This document shows positions 19,449-30,200 of a stretch of DNA of 64,000 bases, piece by piece. The position numbers and the translations under genes were made by a program. The notes beneath the pieces are model-generated. The model made no database searches. It was not told where the DNA came from and was given only the letters and a program-made list of their open reading frames with translations. How positions within the stretch are numbered: position 1 is the stretch's first letter; every line of letters begins with the position of its first letter. Location of the stretch: IMG/VR virus record IMGVR_UViG_3300009537_002640, positions 124,001 to 188,000 of that record. One strand, given 5' to 3'.

Positions 19449-22115
19449 TTACGGTAACAACTGTAACAAAGTCATTATCTTTTGTTTTGAAACTTCTCTT
19501 TCTTCTTCGTGCTGTCCAAAGTATGTAACTTTAACAGCAATCTTATTTTCGGTATTAGCGTTATTTCTAGGGCCAAAAGTAAAAGGCACGGTAAAATCAC
19601 CGGCAGTTCCAGTTACTGCTCCTGCCAATGCCCCATCACCATTTTTATAATGTCCGGTTCTAAACAAACGCCCTATATCAAGCCAACCAGTGCTATTAGA
19701 ATCCCATCCAGGAATCTTTACTTCGATTTTTCCAAACCTATCTCTTTCGTTAGCTTGTTTGTACCTAATGTCCTCAAAAGATATTAGTGAATTACCATCG
19801 CTCATAATTCTTAATTTACCACCGCTTATAGCATAACCTAAGCTAAATGTTCTGCGATAAGTTCTGTCACCAGTAAGAGCACTGTAGTCTCTGGTGGTGG
19901 AAGAATTATTGGGGACAATACCGTTGCCCACTGTGTAATCATCCTGTGGATAAATCAACCCAGGAATATGTGCTTCATCTGGCACAAATCTACCCCCGCA
20001 CTGTAGACTGGGGGTTGATGCTATACTGTCTGTACTAGTTATCACAGTCGCAGCATATCCATCTGTAGGACCTAAAAACTCATGTGTGTCTACAACCCTA
20101 TAGCTTTCGTCTGTAAACCACTCAGTCGTATCTGTAGATCTGCTACTACTATATCCATTAACCAATATTCTGTTTACAAAATCCACGCCATACGCATCAT
20201 AACCATCGCCAGGGCCAAAAGGATAGTATATAGTTGCCCTAATATATCCCCTTGTAGAAAATACATTGGGAGCTGGATGCAACCTGGTATCTATTGATGG
20301 AATGCCGATAGCTACATCACCAGCATCTTTAGCAAAATAAAATGCCTGGTCGTTGTGATCAGGAAGATTTGATGCGGAATATTTAGTGTATCCATCGTCA
20401 AGCAATTCGCTAGCGTCAACTTGGGCACCGAAGACACCTGCATCAGTACCATGCGGAAAATTAAACACATTGGTGTCGAATTTTAATATCTCTTCCCGCA
20501 AATATGTTTTGTTAAACACATTATTGTCAGAACGTAATTCCACTTCAAACTTATTATTATCTGTTACTATAGAAGTATAATAGGCAATTCCAGAAAGAAA
20601 TACTAAATCGCTAGTGGGAGATATTGGATTATGAGCATCATTAATATCCGTTCTAACAGGAATTAAGTTTACATGTTCTATTCCTGGCCTAGTAGGACTG
20701 TTATCTACATAAAAATTAACTATGCGGGTATAGTTCTGCGGGTCCTCATTAAAGTCCGGAACTGAAGTTTCTAAATTGCTGTATACTTCAGCTAGTGCGG
20801 GTTCTCCTCCAAAATCGCCAGCAGTATCTTCAGTCACATAATGAACTATACGGTAAGCTGATAGATTATCGTTTGCGTCTGTTTCCGTGATACCTTCTGG
20901 GGAAGTTAGCTCCCCACCAACAATGTCAGGGTTTGAAAGTGGAATTAGATATCTAGCCATTTGGAGACGGCTAAAGTCATTCTCATAATCATCGAAAATG
21001 TTTTCTCCGCTAGCATTAATGTTAGAGCTATAATCTTCAAACACCGGTTTTCGATCGTAAAGCAATATACTATCGAAATTGGTTAATGTAGGGGTATAAA
21101 CCTGTTGTCCTGCAGCACGTATGTTTTCGTTAAATATATTCTTTAGGTTCAAGACTGCTATTGGGAAAAACTCAGACGCACCACGCAATTTACGCTGAAG
21201 TACCAAAGTTCCACGGTCAGCAGGGAAAATTATTCCGCTCATCATTGCCTGAAGTCTACTAGTACTATCTTTGTCAATTGCAGTCCTAGTAATAAACTTA
21301 GTCTCTTTAAATCCAACCGATGGTAGGGAAAAGAATCCTGGAACAGCATCCATCCTGTATACTTCAAACTCATCTTCTTTAGGCGGAACCCGTAATGGAT
21401 CCGACGTTCTAGCTATTCGAATTTTTTTAGTTGTATCTCCACCAGATGATATAGTTTCTATATCACCAGCATCTAGTCCAGAAATATCTACAGGCGTGCC
21501 ATCAGATTCTCCGGGTGCTCTCCAGGTTAGTGTTTCTGTTCCTACACCGCCTCCCATTTTGAGAAAGGCTCCAGTGCCAGGGTCGGTGTTGCTACTTACG
21601 TCAATAATTTGAATTCCGCGAATACCAGCATTTCTTGGCTGAGTTTTCTTCATAACATTCTCGCCATTTCCGCCAGTGGTATTGAAAACATGCAAGCGTC
21701 CATAACCATCATACCAGTCAGGAATGCCATCGTTAGGAACTTTAGAATTGTCGAATCCTATTTGATCAGGACGAGGAGGAACTAGAGAGCCTAATTCTGA
21801 AAGAACGCCCTCGACATCATCTTCGAAATAGTTGTCATCTGAGTCTAGCACAGAAATGGCACTTGCATCGTGAGCATCTTCTGGGTCAGCTTCGTGTGCT
21901 AAAATCAAGGCACGCACATCACCGATTTCATCCAGTCGGGCCCTAACGGTCGCAAATGTACCCGAAGGCTGAATGCCCAATTCCTGCTCGATTTTTACAA
22001 TCGCGTCTCGCAGTCTATTGGGGACCTCAGCCCGAATTTCATCAATCTGATTACGGACCAGTGGTAAGGTCGCGTAACCATCAATTGCCTCGGGATATAC
22101 AGAAAAATTAGCCAT
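19449..22115 (-). CDS. Virion structural protein (baseplate/tail-associated)
   Basis: 888 aa; N-terminal 'NRLRDAIVKIEQELG' domain related to the 1702/1040-aa proteins; 'AHDASAIS...VEGVLSEL' fibre motif. Confidence 0.6.
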   Translation of the reverse strand: MANFSVYPEAIDGYATLPLVRNQIDEIRAEVPNRLRDAIVKIEQELGIQPSGTFATVRARLDEIGDVRALILAHEADPEDAHDASAISVLDSDDNYFEDDVEGVLSELGSLVPPRPDQIGFDNSKVPNDGIPDWYDGYGRLHVFNTTGGNGENVMKKTQPRNAGIRGIQIIDVSSNTDPGTGAFLKMGGGVGTETLTWRAPGESDGTPVDISGLDAGDIETISSGGDTTKKIRIARTSDPLRVPPKEDEFEVYRMDAVPGFFSLPSVGFKETKFITRTAIDKDSTSRLQAMMSGIIFPADRGTLVLQRKLRGASEFFPIAVLNLKNIFNENIRAAGQQVYTPTLTNFDSILLYDRKPVFEDYSSNINASGENIFDDYENDFSRLQMARYLIPLSNPDIVGGELTSPEGITETDANDNLSAYRIVHYVTEDTAGDFGGEPALAEVYSNLETSVPDFNEDPQNYTRIVNFYVDNSPTRPGIEHVNLIPVRTDINDAHNPISPTSDLVFLSGIAYYTSIVTDNNKFEVELRSDNNVFNKTYLREEILKFDTNVFNFPHGTDAGVFGAQVDASELLDDGYTKYSASNLPDHNDQAFYFAKDAGDVAIGIPSIDTRLHPAPNVFSTRGYIRATIYYPFGPGDGYDAYGVDFVNRILVNGYSSSRSTDTTEWFTDESYRVVDTHEFLGPTDGYAATVITSTDSIASTPSLQCGGRFVPDEAHIPGLIYPQDDYTVGNGIVPNNSSTTRDYSALTGDRTYRRTFSLGYAISGGKLRIMSDGNSLISFEDIRYKQANERDRFGKIEVKIPGWDSNSTGWLDIGRLFRTGHYKNGDGALAGAVTGTAGDFTVPFTFGPRNNANTENKIAVKVTYFGQHEEEREVSKQKIMTLLQLLP

Positions 22116-22159
22116 TTATGATCCTCTAGATATAGGTGTAGCGTTCAAATTAATGTGAA

Positions 22160-22170
22160 TTTATTAGTAT
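22160..22170 (-). promoter_or_regulatory. Putative late promoter motif ATACTAATAAA
   Basis: TA(C/T)TAATA copy about 45 nt upstream of ATG 22115. Confidence 0.55.
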
Positions 22171-22178
22171 ATTCATAG

Positions 22179-23891
22179 TTATAAGCCGCTAGGATATTGA
22201 TATATAACATCCGTCTTATCGTGCCTTCTCATACGAAATTGCTGTCTTCCTGAGTCGCCCAAAACCAAAATGTTTCTGGTAACATCCAGCACTTCATACC
22301 TAAATTCCTCAAAGAATTCACCGGTATTCTTATCTCTATTAAATAGTATGATTAAATCTCTGTCTTTTAGTGTAGGAATAGTGATTGTCCATGCTGTCAG
22401 TTCACTTGGGTGTGTAAGTCCTTGGTCTCCTTTGATTTCAAGGTCATCTGTGTATGGATGAACCCTTACCATTATCATTCCAAACACATTACGCCAGTGC
22501 TCTGAAATTGGACGGGTATTGTTATAACGGTCATATCCGCCGTCAAAACCTACACCATAACAATATGCACATCTGGTACGCTGGTGCTCCCGGCGCATAC
22601 TGATACAAGCACAGCGTTTTCCTGTCCATTTTCTCTTCAATAAAATAGCAGGCATTCCGGTTACTTGTAGCTGTAGGTCTAGTCGAGCAAGATTTCTTTC
22701 CTGCAGGTCTAAACCGCGCACACCATTAAATTCGCCGCCTACATAGCTGTTTACACATCGCCCATCCAGCGTGTCTTGTAGGCTGGGGCGATGATATCCT
22801 TTAAAATCGTACGCAGGGAAATCTTCATTCTCAGCATCCGATATAGAAAAATCTGGGGTTATATCGTCGGCATTAGCTGCCCTATAACCATCCTCGTCTA
22901 CATTGTAATCTCCAATAGCGTCGACATTGCGAGGAGTTCCATTATCTTCATGCCACGCCGCCGTATCGTTCAGTATTACAGTATTACCGTCCTCAATACC
23001 TCTAAACAATTGAATGGCTGAACCAATTGCGTGGGTAGAGATTAAAGTAGTGAATGCGCCTCTTCCGGTGTCCTCTATATAGAAGTTCTCGCCATCCTTA
23101 GATTCATATTGGATTACTTCGGAGCCAATATGTAAAAATCCTTTCTCAGGATATCCATTAGTGGTACTAACATTAATAGTTGCCCCGTAAGCATCAATGT
23201 CATTCTCTAGAGTTAAAACCTCTGGGTACTGATATAAATCCTCGCCTATTTGCTCAAGCTGAGTTAAGTCAAAATCGTTAGGGTCGTATTCAACCGCTCT
23301 TACTGCAAAGTATCTTAGTTTACCAGGCGGGACATTGATAACAACCTGGCGGGCTGTAGTAATTGCCCTTGGACCAGAATTAAAAACACCAAATCGAGTA
23401 GATGATACATAAATGTTGTAATGTATTTGTTTATTAGAGTCAGCAGGAACAGCCTCGCCCCAAGTTAGACGAAGCCCCATTCCATTTCCAACGTCTTCAA
23501 TTCTACGCACTCCCACCAAATGCAACCAGGTAGGTTTTTCACGACAGCCAACATGTGCTGATGCTGCTTGCCCACCTGATGCTCCTGATGGAATACCCGC
23601 TGGAGCCATTGTGAAACTATAGCGCTGAGTATTAGAGGTCATACCATCTTCAGCGACCCACTCCCATTGGTCATAATAAACGCCTGCATCTAGTGTTTTT
23701 GGAGAATCCCACGTAGCTTGATAAAAACCAGTGGACAAACGAGTAACTGGCAGTACGGCAATTAAGTTCCCACCAGACGCAGCATCATATATTCTAACCG
23801 CATTCACTGTGAATGGGTCGAACAAAGAGCCGTTCTCGTAGAACTTTATGCCGACATCTATTTCTTGTCCTATTAGACCACTGCGTGCCAT
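22179..23891 (-). CDS. Neck/head-closure-like protein with N-terminal Ig/FN3-like domains and a Cys4 zinc finger
   Basis: 'KRKWTGKRCAC...RCAYCYGVGFDGGY' then beta-strand pattern 'TAWTI..PTLKDRDLII...RYEVLDVTR'; FN3-like 'LTWGEA...YNIYVS...YFAVRA'. Confidence 0.55.
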   Translation of the reverse strand: MARSGLIGQEIDVGIKFYENGSLFDPFTVNAVRIYDAASGGNLIAVLPVTRLSTGFYQATWDSPKTLDAGVYYDQWEWVAEDGMTSNTQRYSFTMAPAGIPSGASGGQAASAHVGCREKPTWLHLVGVRRIEDVGNGMGLRLTWGEAVPADSNKQIHYNIYVSSTRFGVFNSGPRAITTARQVVINVPPGKLRYFAVRAVEYDPNDFDLTQLEQIGEDLYQYPEVLTLENDIDAYGATINVSTTNGYPEKGFLHIGSEVIQYESKDGENFYIEDTGRGAFTTLISTHAIGSAIQLFRGIEDGNTVILNDTAAWHEDNGTPRNVDAIGDYNVDEDGYRAANADDITPDFSISDAENEDFPAYDFKGYHRPSLQDTLDGRCVNSYVGGEFNGVRGLDLQERNLARLDLQLQVTGMPAILLKRKWTGKRCACISMRREHQRTRCAYCYGVGFDGGYDRYNNTRPISEHWRNVFGMIMVRVHPYTDDLEIKGDQGLTHPSELTAWTITIPTLKDRDLIILFNRDKNTGEFFEEFRYEVLDVTRNILVLGDSGRQQFRMRRHDKTDVIYQYPSGL

Positions 23892-23902
23892 AAGTTACTC
23901 CA

Positions 23903-24283
23903 TTAAACTGGTTCTGACTCGTAGACTCTCACATCTTGTTCACGTGAAGTGTGTATATCTACATCTATTCCTTCTGCTGTGGGAAAGTTTTCTATGCGAT
24001 AAAACATCACATACCTGTCTTCTCTCGTGTTACCTGTGTTTCCTGGAAGATTATATGTGTATCTTCCAGGCTCATTAGTAGAGTCCACCTCGAAAACATC
24101 CAATTCTGTGCGAGCTGATACCCAAGCAGTACCGCTCCAATACTTAGTATCAGAATCTCTTTTTATCGTAAGAGTGATATACGGAATCTGCCCAGTTATA
24201 CCATCGCCAGTAGTCGCGTCTAGTATGAGCAATTCAGTTATTATATCATCTCCAACATTCCAAATGTGCGGTCCACCACTCAT
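23903..24283 (-). CDS. Small Ig-like virion protein
   Basis: 126 aa, beta-rich, with 'EVDSTNEPGRYTY' resembling the Ig-like N-termini of neighbouring neck proteins. Confidence 0.5.
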   Translation of the reverse strand: MSGGPHIWNVGDDIITELLILDATTGDGITGQIPYITLTIKRDSDTKYWSGTAWVSARTELDVFEVDSTNEPGRYTYNLPGNTGNTREDRYVMFYRIENFPTAEGIDVDIHTSREQDVRVYESEPV

Positions 24284-24295
24284 ATATCAAACTCC

Positions 24296-27200
24296 TTAGT
24301 AGAAATCGTTCCAGGTTGTACCATCCCAACCCTGATGCTTCTTAGTAGATGTATTGAAAATTACCATGCCCTCAATTGGCTCTAGAGCGTCTCTTTCAGT
24401 TGTAGTAAGTCTTGGTGGTAAGAAGACACTCCCAACTGTTAGCTCATTACCCACATCTAGATTGCCATCGATGCCAGAATCTCCACCAACACTAATTCCT
24501 GATGAGAAAGTTGTATAACCGTCAGAAGCTATATTGACTTGCTCTGCACCAGCTGTAATTAATGACAACTCATTTGCGCCAGCAGAACCTATTCCAGTGT
24601 CATAGTCAGACCAAGCAGGAACTAATGTAGGATTAGTTGCACTGGCTGCCTCATTCATTACTGTTCCAGAGCCACTTGTTGCGCCCGATATCTGAGATGC
24701 ATTAATGAAGAATGCATTTATGCCCAGAGCAGCTATTCCTATCGTATCATCTTGAGTTTCATAAAACCCTGTATCGCCATCTCCAAATGATATTGTTGGA
24801 GTAGCAGCATCATTTTCTGAAGGTAGGGATAGTTTAGAACCTGTAACTGGAGCTTGTCCAATACCTATATTGCCAGATGTATCTATGGTTAAATGTGTAT
24901 TAGTTCCTACTGTTGCATTGCTACCAATTTTGAATGCCTCGGAATCATCATTGTCAATACCTACAGTCCAATCCTGTGTAGCAGAAACACTCAGTTCTAG
25001 CTTGGGATCGCCGCCAGCTGATTGTGCCTCAGCCAAAAATACTGAATCGCTTCCAGCAGTAGAATTAGTGTTGTATACTCGAATGTCTGTATAGGCGCCA
25101 TCATTAGCTTGTTGTACATCCCAAGTGGCAGCAGGAGCGGCAGCTATACCGGCATCACCACCAGTAGGGCCAATGCGCATACGAATATTACCACCAGGTA
25201 TACTGCTATCCCCTATTACAAACTCTCCACCCAAAGATCTATCTAGCCCAACATACCATAAATCTCCTCCGCTTAGAGAGATATATGGGTCGCCACCAGA
25301 AGTAGCTAAATCAAGTCTGGCATGACTACTGCTGCCTGAATCCAAATTGGCTATATTGGCAACTACAGATCCTACTGTGGTTTTGCGCATCGACCAATCC
25401 CAAATACCAGTAGTAGTGTGGCCTATTGCAATAAACCCTAGAGAGTCAATACGCATTACCTCACTACCAGCTGTTGATAGTGCTAGTACATCATCAGATG
25501 CCTCCCACCAGCCAGTATCACCGTCACCTAAATTTAATAGAGGAGTTGTTTCGCTTCCGGCGCCTGGTATATTTACAGCTGTAGCCCCACCAGTTTCAGT
25601 GATAGTCAGTCCTTCTACTCCGCCAGCTATTAGAGATATCGCGTCCGCTGCTCCTGAACCCACACCGGTATCCAAATCAAATCTAAAACAATATACTGGA
25701 TTGGTTGCAGTGCTTATTTCGTTACGCATATGCCAGCCACGAGTAGATTGCGCTGCGGCTAAGTCATCAAAACTAGCCCACCATCTAGATGTACCAACGG
25801 AACTGAAGTACACAGCATCGTCGGTAAGTTCGAAGAATCCAGTGTCACCATCACCAAAAGCTATAGTCGGTATCGCCTCGTTGTTCACAGACGGCACTAT
25901 TAAACGACTGCCACCCTGTACTTGTAAATCACCATAAGCATCAATTGTTGGTTGACCCGAGCCACTTGTAATGCGCAATCCTTCAATAGAATTACCTATT
26001 AGGCTTACAGAACCTCCAGCGTCTATGTTTATATCACGAGTACCTAGAGCTTTTACTACACCAGGATCTGGCCATAACACAATGCCCTCTGAATCTACTT
26101 CTGCTTTAACTCCGGAGCCTGTACTAAATCCTAATCTATTGGATCCGATTCTGTATATTCCTGTATCTGTATCAGATAGGAATGAAATGCTAGGCAATAC
26201 AGAGGTTCCATCTGCTACAAATAAACGCCCACCACCCTGAATATTGACATCGCCATAAGCATCTACGGTTGAATTATCGCCTTCAGTATTTCTAGTGAAA
26301 CGCAAAGCCTCTTGCCCATCTACTATAGCAGATAGATTATATATACTTCCACCAGCACCTAGACCGGAATTTATACCGCTACCAGTTCTTACACTAGCAT
26401 TAGTGTCTGATGGCGAACTAGCTGACAAATTACCACCACCAGCTGCAGAACCAAATTCTGATGATGTAAATGACCAAGCATTCGAACCACTTATAGATAC
26501 ACCTATTACGGTATCACTAAATGCATTAAATCCAGTATTTCCAGAGCTGCCGAAACCTATAGTTGGTGAAGAGAACCCTTCGACACCAGTTGTATTCGGA
26601 AATATCAATCGATGATTCAATTGTAGGTTGTTGTTAACCCTATCAAAGTACAAGTCATTATCGCCAGCCAAAGTGCCGGAACTAGTAAAGAATGCCACAT
26701 AGCCATCAGCACCTTCTTCTGCCGTAAGTCCACCACCTCCGCCGTAACCATCTAGAGCCTGTAGAATGACCTGAAATGTTTCTGATAGGTCATCGTTATT
26801 TATGGCTCCAGCTACATTTAGATCTCCATTAACATTTATGAATGGTGACCCAGTAGCATCAATTCTTATGCCCTCAATATTATTGGCGATGAGTGAAAGT
26901 TGACTTGTGCCAGCCGTACCAATACCAGTGCCAGAATCCAATGCATCTGGATTGAACGTAGGGGTGGTAGCAGTGGCATCAAAACCACGCATACTTGGGC
27001 CACCCGAAACAGTAGACGAATAATTGACACCGCTCCACGTAAATCTAGCAAAACCACCAAGAGATATTTGTATAGTGTCATCAGCAGATTCATAGAAGCC
27101 AGAATCACCATCACCAAATGTTATTGTAGGCGTTGATGGAGCATTTATCTGTGGGACAAAAAATCTGCTTCCAGTATTAACATGTAGTCCTGTGCTACTA

Positions 27201-30200
27201 ACATAAGCTCGGGTACTTCCGGCTGTACCAATCTCTAGCTGATTAGTACTATGGTCGAAAATTATGTTTCCGCTCCAAGTTGAATCGGCATCAGCAAAAA
27301 GCAATGCTCCAAACCCAGTAGTGCTAGAGCCTATAGTAATTCCAACATTACTACCACCCTGGACAGTAAGATCATCATACAGAGCAGACGGAGTGCCACC
27401 ATAGCTTGCACCCATAGTAACAGTAGTGGCACTACCTGATTCTGTTATTCGTATGCCTTCAACGCCACCAGCTACCAAGGACAATTGATTAGCAGCAGCT
27501 GAACCTATGCCAGTATCGGTATCGTTTCTACGCGGTACTAGTGTAGGATTGGTAGCGCTAGATATTTCATTCAATATACCTGGACCACCAGTATTGACAT
27601 TTTCCATACCTATGCTAGAAAAATCGAATATCTTACTTCCACCAGTAGCAAGGCTTAGAACATTATCTAGAGCAGCATAAAAGCCAGTATCTCCATCACC
27701 AAAATTTATGGTTGGTGTACTTGCAGTCCCACCAGTTGGAAAATTAACATCAGTTGATCCACCCGATTCAGTAATACGAAATGCCTCAACACCACCAGCT
27801 GCAAAACCCAATATATCTGCACCGGCTCTAAACATACCAGTATCAAAATCTGATGCAGTGGCAAACGAGTATCCAGGAGTAGATGCAGAGCCACCAGCTG
27901 ATGCTACAACGCCACTACTGGAGAACCATCTATCTGATGAATCTATTGTCCATTTCAAATTGCCAGATACGGAAAATGCAAGACTGGTAGAACCAAACGG
28001 AATGCCCATACCAGTTCCAGTGGCTGTATGAAACGAATACCCTGGAGTTGCTACTCCGCCACCACCACCAGCAAATAGACGACCCTCGACATGCAACCCA
28101 TCAGTAGGAGCAGTATCAACACCGGCATCTCCACTACCAATAACTACACCGCCAGCAACATCGAGTTTATTTAGTGGAGCAGTAGTTCCTATACCTAGTC
28201 GGTTATTAGGTCTATCCCAGAATAAATCGTTATCACCAGCTATACTATCACTACCAGTAAAGAAAGCAATATACCCATCAGCACCTTCGGTAGCTGATAT
28301 GCCACCACCTCCGCCTCCACCAGCAGGGAAAGATGCTCCAGTACTAGAATTAAATTCAGCTACTGGGACACCATCATCGCTTAAGCACAAAGAGCCATCT
28401 TCAGTGACACTCCAAGTGAATGTGCGATTCGGCCTTCCTTCAGCAGTAGTAGAAACTATGTGCAATGATTCTGGTCCGAGATACAAGTCACGCCAACGCA
28501 AATCAGGAGTGCCCAATCCCCACATATTATCCGTATGGGGCATCAAGTAACCATCAAAGTATCCATCGCCAGCTACATGCAGCTTAGCTTCAGGAGACCC
28601 AGTGCCAATGCCAACCTCTCCAGTAGTAGATAGCGTCATATTAACAACGCCACCAGAACGGAATCTTAGTTCTTCGTTAACATCGGCTGTTCCATATTGT
28701 ACATAGTTGCCGGAATTTCTTAATAATACGGAGGAGGTGCCTATACGATAGTCAGAAGCTGTATTAATAGCGCCAGTAGTGGTAATTGAATGATTAGCTA
28801 ATGCTACTGTTGGATCTTCGCCAAAACCTACTCTTCTGGCATCTGGACTTATAGATATTACTGGAGTACTACCAGCATATAGTCGCAAGAAACCTTGTGT
28901 GGTCCCGGGTGTCTTTTCAATCTTCCAGGAATAGTCCCGGCCAGTAGTTGTTTCAGCGTCAGTAGATATTATATGTATTGAATCCGTACCAAGATATAAG
29001 TCTCTCCATCGCAAATCAGGAGTACCTAATCCCCACATATCATCGGTACGTGGCATCAAGTAGCCGTCGAAATAACCATCGCCAGCTACATGTAAAAGTG
29101 CATCTGGAGCGTTAGTACTAATACCAACTCTCTGGGTATCTGTTATTCGTATAGCCTCTGTTCCACCAGTAACAAATCCTAATTGATTAATGGTAGCGCG
29201 ATACATACCAGTATCGCCATCATTATTAAAGCCATAACTTACTACACTAGTGCTTCCAAAACCACTCTGTATTCTTGCTCCAGAATCAGCTGCGCTAAAT
29301 ATAGACGAGCTATTGGATATAGACCAAGCAGCCTGATTGTTTGTGGCAAAACGTAATGTTGCTCCGCTAGCATATATTCCAGTTCCATTACTAAACGTAA
29401 TTGCAGGATTGGTTGGTTCATCTAATGTTGGTAGAACTATTTGTTGTGCATAAACAGATCCAGTGATAGTAGAATCTCCAACCAAACTAGTGTCACCATT
29501 TACAGTTACATACCCATCTTCAACACGGATGCTCTCAACTCCACCGGCAATCATAGATAATTGATCAGCACCAGATGAACCAATTCCAGTATTAGAGTCT
29601 GATTTATTAGGGACCAATGTAGGATTTGTAGCTGCAGCATTTTCACGCAAAAGTGCTGGTCCACTAGTTAAATCTGCTTGTATGCTAACATATGTGGTAT
29701 ACTGACCAGCGTCCCATGAGCCTCTAATAGACCCAAGGGTAGAAACAGCCAGGACATCATCACTACTTTCATAAAAGCCGGTATCAGTATCTCCAAAATT
29801 AATCGCAGGAAGACTGGCGGTTCCAGCAGACGAAAATGTAGTGTCTTGACTTATTACAACTGCAGCAGAGTATGCAGCAATTTTAGATCCTCCTCCAACA
29901 ATAATAGCTACCTCTCCTGCGGCCCCGCCAATACCATTGCCGAAAGAACCCTTTCTGGGTATTATTGTCGGATTAGTACTTGATGAAGTCTCGTTTAGAA
30001 GCTGAGCCCCTACACTAAATGCAGAAAAGGAGCCACCTGACATCCTCCATGCTTCTGTACCATTAAAAGTGAACACAAAATCCGTAGTATCTAAATCAAT
30101 ATTGTATGTAGAAGCAGAATCAAAAGATAATAAATCAACGTTAACTATGCTATTGCTGCCCATATCCAAGGAGTTACCCATAGTTAGGGTGCCAGATATT

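Noticed and set aside
28490-29092. Near-identical repeat pair as a possible DGR template/variable repeat
   Set aside because: Differences are not adenine-specific, both copies are internal coding modules, and no reverse transcriptase is in the window.
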